From: a virus
Taxonomy: Duplodnaviria; Heunggongvirae; Uroviricota; Caudoviricetes
DNA: 28,437 nucleotides
Virus record (IMG/VR): IMGVR_UViG_3300026224_000011
Coordinates: 1-28,437 of that record
Reading direction: 5' to 3' (one strand)
The notes beneath the pieces were generated by a model. That model had not been told where the DNA came from. It was given only the letters and a program-made list of their open reading frames with translations, and made no database searches. Below, piece by piece: positions 24,886 to 28,437 of this stretch. The position numbers were made by a program, and so were the translations under genes. Every line of letters starts with the position of its first letter. Position 1 is the stretch's first letter.

Positions 24886-25776
24886 TTATTTCGCCTGGCT
24901 ACGGGCAAACAGGTCGTCGAGCTTCTCTTCGTACTGGTAGTAGTTGATGCTTTCGTACAACTCGTTACGGGTCTGCATGGTGTCGATCACGCTTTTCTGC
25001 GTGCCTTCCTGGCGCAGGATGTTGTAGACATGTTCAGCGGCGCGGTTCATGGCGCGGAATGCTGAAAGCGGGTACAGCGCCATTGCGACATGGGCGCTGC
25101 GTAATTCATCGGTGGTGAACAGGGGCGTGGCGCCAAATTCGGTAATGTTGGCGAGGATTGGCACCTGCACCGCATCGGCAAACTGGCGGTACATGGCGAG
25201 TTCAGTAATCGCCTCCGGGAACAGCATCTCGGCACCGGCTTCAACATAGGCTCGCGCGCGTTCGATCGCGCCGTCCAGACCTTCCACTGCCAGCGCATCG
25301 GTGCGCGCCATGATCACAAAATCAGGATCGGTTTTCGCATCCACCGCCGCGCGGATCCGATCAACCATCTCCTCTTTCGAGACGATCGCTTTGTTCGGAC
25401 GATGACCGCAGCGTTTCGCGCCGATCTGATCTTCAATATGCAATCCTGCCGCACCGGCTTTAATCATCGATTTCACAGTACGCGCCACGTTAAAGGCCGA
25501 AGAGCCAAAGCCGATATCGGCATCAACCAGCAGCGGCAGCGAGCAAACGTCGGTGATACGCCGAATATCGGTCAGCACATCATCAAGGGTAGAAATACCG
25601 AGATCGGGTAGCCCCAGCGAACCTGCCGCCACGCCACCACCGGAGAGATAAATCGCCTGATATCCGGCACGCTGCGCCAACAACGCATGGTTGGCGTTAA
25701 TGGTGCCAACAATTTGCAACGGAGTTTCTTTGGAGAGTGCGGCGCGAAACGCTTTACCTGGAGAGTGTAGAGACAT
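24886..25776 (-). CDS. prpB: 2-methylisocitrate lyase
   Basis: 296-aa ORF recognised as PrpB; upstream of prpC and divergent from prpR. Confidence 0.92.
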   Translation of the reverse strand: MSLHSPGKAFRAALSKETPLQIVGTINANHALLAQRAGYQAIYLSGGGVAAGSLGLPDLGISTLDDVLTDIRRITDVCSLPLLVDADIGFGSSAFNVARTVKSMIKAGAAGLHIEDQIGAKRCGHRPNKAIVSKEEMVDRIRAAVDAKTDPDFVIMARTDALAVEGLDGAIERARAYVEAGAEMLFPEAITELAMYRQFADAVQVPILANITEFGATPLFTTDELRSAHVAMALYPLSAFRAMNRAAEHVYNILRQEGTQKSVIDTMQTRNELYESINYYQYEEKLDDLFARSQAK

Positions 25777-25822
25777 AGCCCATCCTTTGTTATCAACTTG
25801 TTATTTTCGTTGATAAACACAA

Positions 25823-25838
25823 AGCAAGGGCTATGCCA
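25823..25838 (-). promoter_or_regulatory. sigma-54 promoter of the prp operon (-24/-12)
   Basis: Minus strand reads TGGCAT-AGCCC-TTGCT, matching TGGCAC-N5-TTGCW with GG-N10-GC spacing; about 45 bp upstream of prpB. Confidence 0.6.
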
Positions 25839-25913
25839 CAATTGATAAACTCAAAATAACCAATACATTTCAATTTGTTAACAAAAACACTCTTACTTAA
25901 TCTGCAAATATGC

Positions 25914-25971
25914 GTTTCAGTTAACGTTTCAGGCAATGTTTCACCGTGTTTCATTGCAACAATTATGAAAC
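25914..25971. promoter_or_regulatory. GTTTCA repeat array (candidate PrpR enhancer sites)
   Basis: GTTTCA at 25914, 25926, 25937 and 25946, with inverted TGAAAC at 25966-25971; 80-150 bp upstream of the sigma-54 promoter. Confidence 0.4.
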
Positions 25972-26014
25972 AAGACTAAACCCAATATTCGGTTTCTTAA
26001 TTCTTTGGGGTGCT

Positions 26015-27601
26015 ATGGCACATCCACCACGGCTGAACGACGATAAACCCATTTTTTGGACGGTATCAGTGACGCGCTTGTTCGAACTGTTTCGCGATAT
26101 CAGCCTTGAGTTTAATCACCTGGCGAACATAACGCCTATCCAGCTTGGCTTTGAAAAAGCGGTGGCCTACATCCGCAAAAAACTGGCAAGTGAACGCTGC
26201 GACGCTATCATCGCCGCTGGCTCTAACGGCGCGTACCTGAAAAGCCGCCTGTCAGTGCCCGTTATTTTGATTAAACCGAGCGGCTTTGATGTGTTACAGG
26301 CGCTGGCAAAAGCCGGAAAACTTACCTCATCGATTGGCGTCGTTACTTATCAGGAAACCATTCCGGCACTGGTGGCGTTTCAAAAAACCTTTAATCTGCG
26401 TCTCGACCAACGTAGTTACATCACCGAAGAAGACGCACGCGGGCAGATTAACGAGCTAAAAGCTAGCGGCACCGAAGCCGTGGTCGGTGCCGGGCTGATT
26501 ACCGATCTGGCAGAAGAAGCCGGAATGACCGGAATTTTTATCTATTCCGCTGCCACCGTGCGCCAGGCGTTCAGCGATGCGCTGGATATGACACGCATGT
26601 CTCTAAGGCATAACGCCCAGAACACTACCCGCAACGCCCTGCGTACTCGTTACGTTTTGAGCGATATGCTTGGTCAATCGCCACAGATGGAACAAGTGCG
26701 GCAAACCATTTTGCTCTATGCCCGATCCAGTGCGGCGGTGCTGATTCAGGGAGAAACGGGAACCGGTAAAGAGCTGGCGGCTCAGGCGATACATCGGGAA
26801 TACTTTGCCTGTCATGACGCTCGCCACGGTAAAAAATCACATCCGTTTGTTGCCGTTAACTGCGGAGCGATTGCCGAATCATTGCTGGAAGCGGAGCTAT
26901 TTGGCTATGAGGAAGGGGCATTTACCGGCTCGCGACGCGGAGGTCGCGCCGGGCTGTTCGAAATTGCCCACGGCGGCACGCTGTTTCTTGATGAAATTGG
27001 CGAAATGCCGCTGCCTTTGCAGACTCGCCTGCTGCGGGTGCTGGAAGAAAAAGAGGTCACTCGCGTCGGCGGACATCAGCCTGTTCCGGTAAATGTGCGG
27101 GTCATCAGCGCCACCCACTGCAATCTGGAAGAGGATATGCAGCAAGGACGTTTTCGCCGTGATCTGTTTTATCGACTGAGTATTTTACGTCTGCAATTGC
27201 CGCCACTGCGCGAGCGGGGTGCGGATATTCTGCCGTTGGCGGAAAGCTTTTTAAAAGTGTCTCTGGCGGCGCTCTCCGCCCCATTTTCTGCTGCGTTACG
27301 CGAGGGGTTAAATACCTGCCAGGTGGTTTTATTGCACTATGAGTGGCCGGGAAATATTCGTGAACTCCGCAATATGATGGAGCGACTGGCGCTATTTTTA
27401 AGTGTGGAACCGACGCCGGATTTAACGCCGCAGTTTTTGCAACGGCTACTGCCGGAATTAGCCCACGAGTCGGCGAAAATTACCGCCTCTCCCTTGCTGA
27501 CACCCCAACAGGCACTGGAGAAATTTAATGGTGATAAAACAGCAGCGGCGAATTATTTAGGCATCAGCCGAACGACGTTCTGGCGGCGGCTGAAAAATTA
27601 A
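26015..27601 (+). CDS. prpR: sigma-54-dependent propionate catabolism activator
   Basis: 528 aa from ATG 26015 ([12 protein letters not shown]...); AAA+ sigma-54 interaction domain ([13 protein letters not shown]); C-terminal HTH. Confidence 0.92.
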   Translation: MAHPPRLNDDKPIFWTVSVTRLFELFRDISLEFNHLANITPIQLGFEKAVAYIRKKLASERCDAIIAAGSNGAYLKSRLSVPVILIKPSGFDVLQALAKAGKLTSSIGVVTYQETIPALVAFQKTFNLRLDQRSYITEEDARGQINELKASGTEAVVGAGLITDLAEEAGMTGIFIYSAATVRQAFSDALDMTRMSLRHNAQNTTRNALRTRYVLSDMLGQSPQMEQVRQTILLYARSSAAVLIQGETGTGKELAAQAIHREYFACHDARHGKKSHPFVAVNCGAIAESLLEAELFGYEEGAFTGSRRGGRAGLFEIAHGGTLFLDEIGEMPLPLQTRLLRVLEEKEVTRVGGHQPVPVNVRVISATHCNLEEDMQQGRFRRDLFYRLSILRLQLPPLRERGADILPLAESFLKVSLAALSAPFSAALREGLNTCQVVLLHYEWPGNIRELRNMMERLALFLSVEPTPDLTPQFLQRLLPELAHESAKITASPLLTPQQALEKFNGDKTAAANYLGISRTTFWRRLKN

Positions 27602-27604
27602 ATT

Positions 27605-27637
27605 GCCGGATGCGGTGTGACCCCCTATCCGGCCTAC
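27605..27637. repeat. REP element downstream of prpR
   Basis: gccggatgcggtgtgaccccctatccggcctac matches the REP palindromic unit. Confidence 0.55.
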
Positions 27638-27709
27638 AAAATCATGAATTTCAATATATTGCATTCACCGATAGACGTGCACATCGGGCATATTTACATG
27701 GCTTCAGAA

Positions 27710-27985
27710 TTACTTCTTCTTATAAATATTTGCCGTGCCGTGGATCTTATTGTCAGTCTGACCGGAGGTCAGTACCAACACATCAGCACCTTTTTCATCC
27801 GCTTTTTTGATTAAATCTTCTTTTGCATCTGCAGTCGACATTTCATTACTTGTTGAAATATCACCTATTTTTTCATATTGCGATTCAACCTTTTCAAATT
27901 CCGCTTTAGTCATCAATTCAGCGGCATAGACGTTTGTGACAACAAAAGCTAACGCACCAACTAAGAGCTTAGTTCCAGTTTTCAT
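27710..27985 (-). CDS. yahO: small periplasmic protein YahO
   Basis: 91 aa from ATG 27985 (GGAG RBS); signal peptide then ...[23 protein letters not shown]...; ORF-track start at 28039 rejected. Confidence 0.85.
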   Translation of the reverse strand: MKTGTKLLVGALAFVVTNVYAAELMTKAEFEKVESQYEKIGDISTSNEMSTADAKEDLIKKADEKGADVLVLTSGQTDNKIHGTANIYKKK

Positions 27986-28310
27986 AGGTGAACTCCATAA
28001 TGTGTGATTGGCTAATGCCCTGAAGCTAACAGTCATCATCAGGGTTGATTAATAAGTAGTTCAGCGGTTAGGAAAAATCCACAGGAAAAGAGAATATATT
28101 TGTATTGTTCTTAATGCGAACCACTCTTGTCCGACTGGTTAATAACTTTCACTGCAATTATCGCTGGTGTTATTTGAATTATTTTTTATAAAAATCTCAA
28201 ATTTTCACTCTGCCAGATATTCAATATAAAACTTACGCCACCCACATTATTTTTCTGAACAAAAAAAACAAAACAATCTATTGAGTTGATTTTTATAAGC
28301 ATTATTTGCT

Positions 28311-28437
28311 GGTGATGCTGCCAACTTACTGATTTAGTGTATGATGGTGTTTTTGAGGTGCTCCAGTGGCTTCTGTTTCTATCAGCTGTCCCTCCTGTTC
28401 AGCTACTGACGGGGTGGTGCGTAACGGCAAAAGCACC
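28311..28437 (+). mobile_element. IS1 left end (partial, runs off the window)
   Basis: GGTGATGCTGCCAACTTACTGAT inverted repeat at 28311, followed by the characteristic IS1 sequence. Confidence 0.9.
28366..28437 (+). CDS. insA: IS1 InsA, N-terminal fragment
   Basis: GTG at 28366 encodes MASVSISCPSCSATDGVVRNGKST... Confidence 0.8.
   Translation, partial: MASVSISCPSCSATDGVVRNGKST

Noticed and set aside
25946-26014. N-terminal extension of prpR from the ORF-track start
   Set aside because: The PrpR sequence begins at [10 protein letters not shown] (ATG 26015). The extension would run through the GTTTCA enhancer-like repeats.
27986-28039. N-terminal extension of yahO
   Set aside because: YahO begins at the ATG at 27985, which is preceded by a GGAG RBS and followed directly by the signal peptide.
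1-28437. tRNA, rRNA or other structured RNA genes
   Set aside because: I found no cloverleaf-like tRNA candidates or rRNA-like conserved stretches by eye. Phage integration is of the transposition type, so no tRNA-linked attachment site is expected. A tRNA scan would be needed to be certain.

Overview
Enterobacterial (E. coli/Shigella-type) chromosome segment. Positions ~124-23702 are the immunity-proximal ~23.6 kb of a Mu-like transposable prophage, with all genes except the repressor on the minus strand. Reading from high to low coordinates: repressor c, Ner, MuA-like transposase, MuB-like ATPase, a ~5 kb string of translationally coupled small early genes, GemA-like, an AT-rich secreted-protein moron, a Mor/C-family activator, a lysis cassette, small terminase, an inserted DNA methyltransferase, large terminase, portal, F, G, I, major head, gp36/gp37-like genes and a tail sheath gene that stops after 201 codons at the window start. 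The prophage end (...CA at 23701-23702) lies inside host prpC, removing its last ~45-50 codons. Host prpB, the sigma-54 promoter region, prpR and yahO follow, and the window ends in the left end of IS1. The proteins are clearly diverged from phage Mu itself. Family and DUF names are recalled from memory, not searched. Candidate novel content: the methyltransferase moron in the packaging operon, the secreted Sel1-like moron coupled to gemA, a block of small early accessory genes, and a conserved dyad motif upstream of two late operons.
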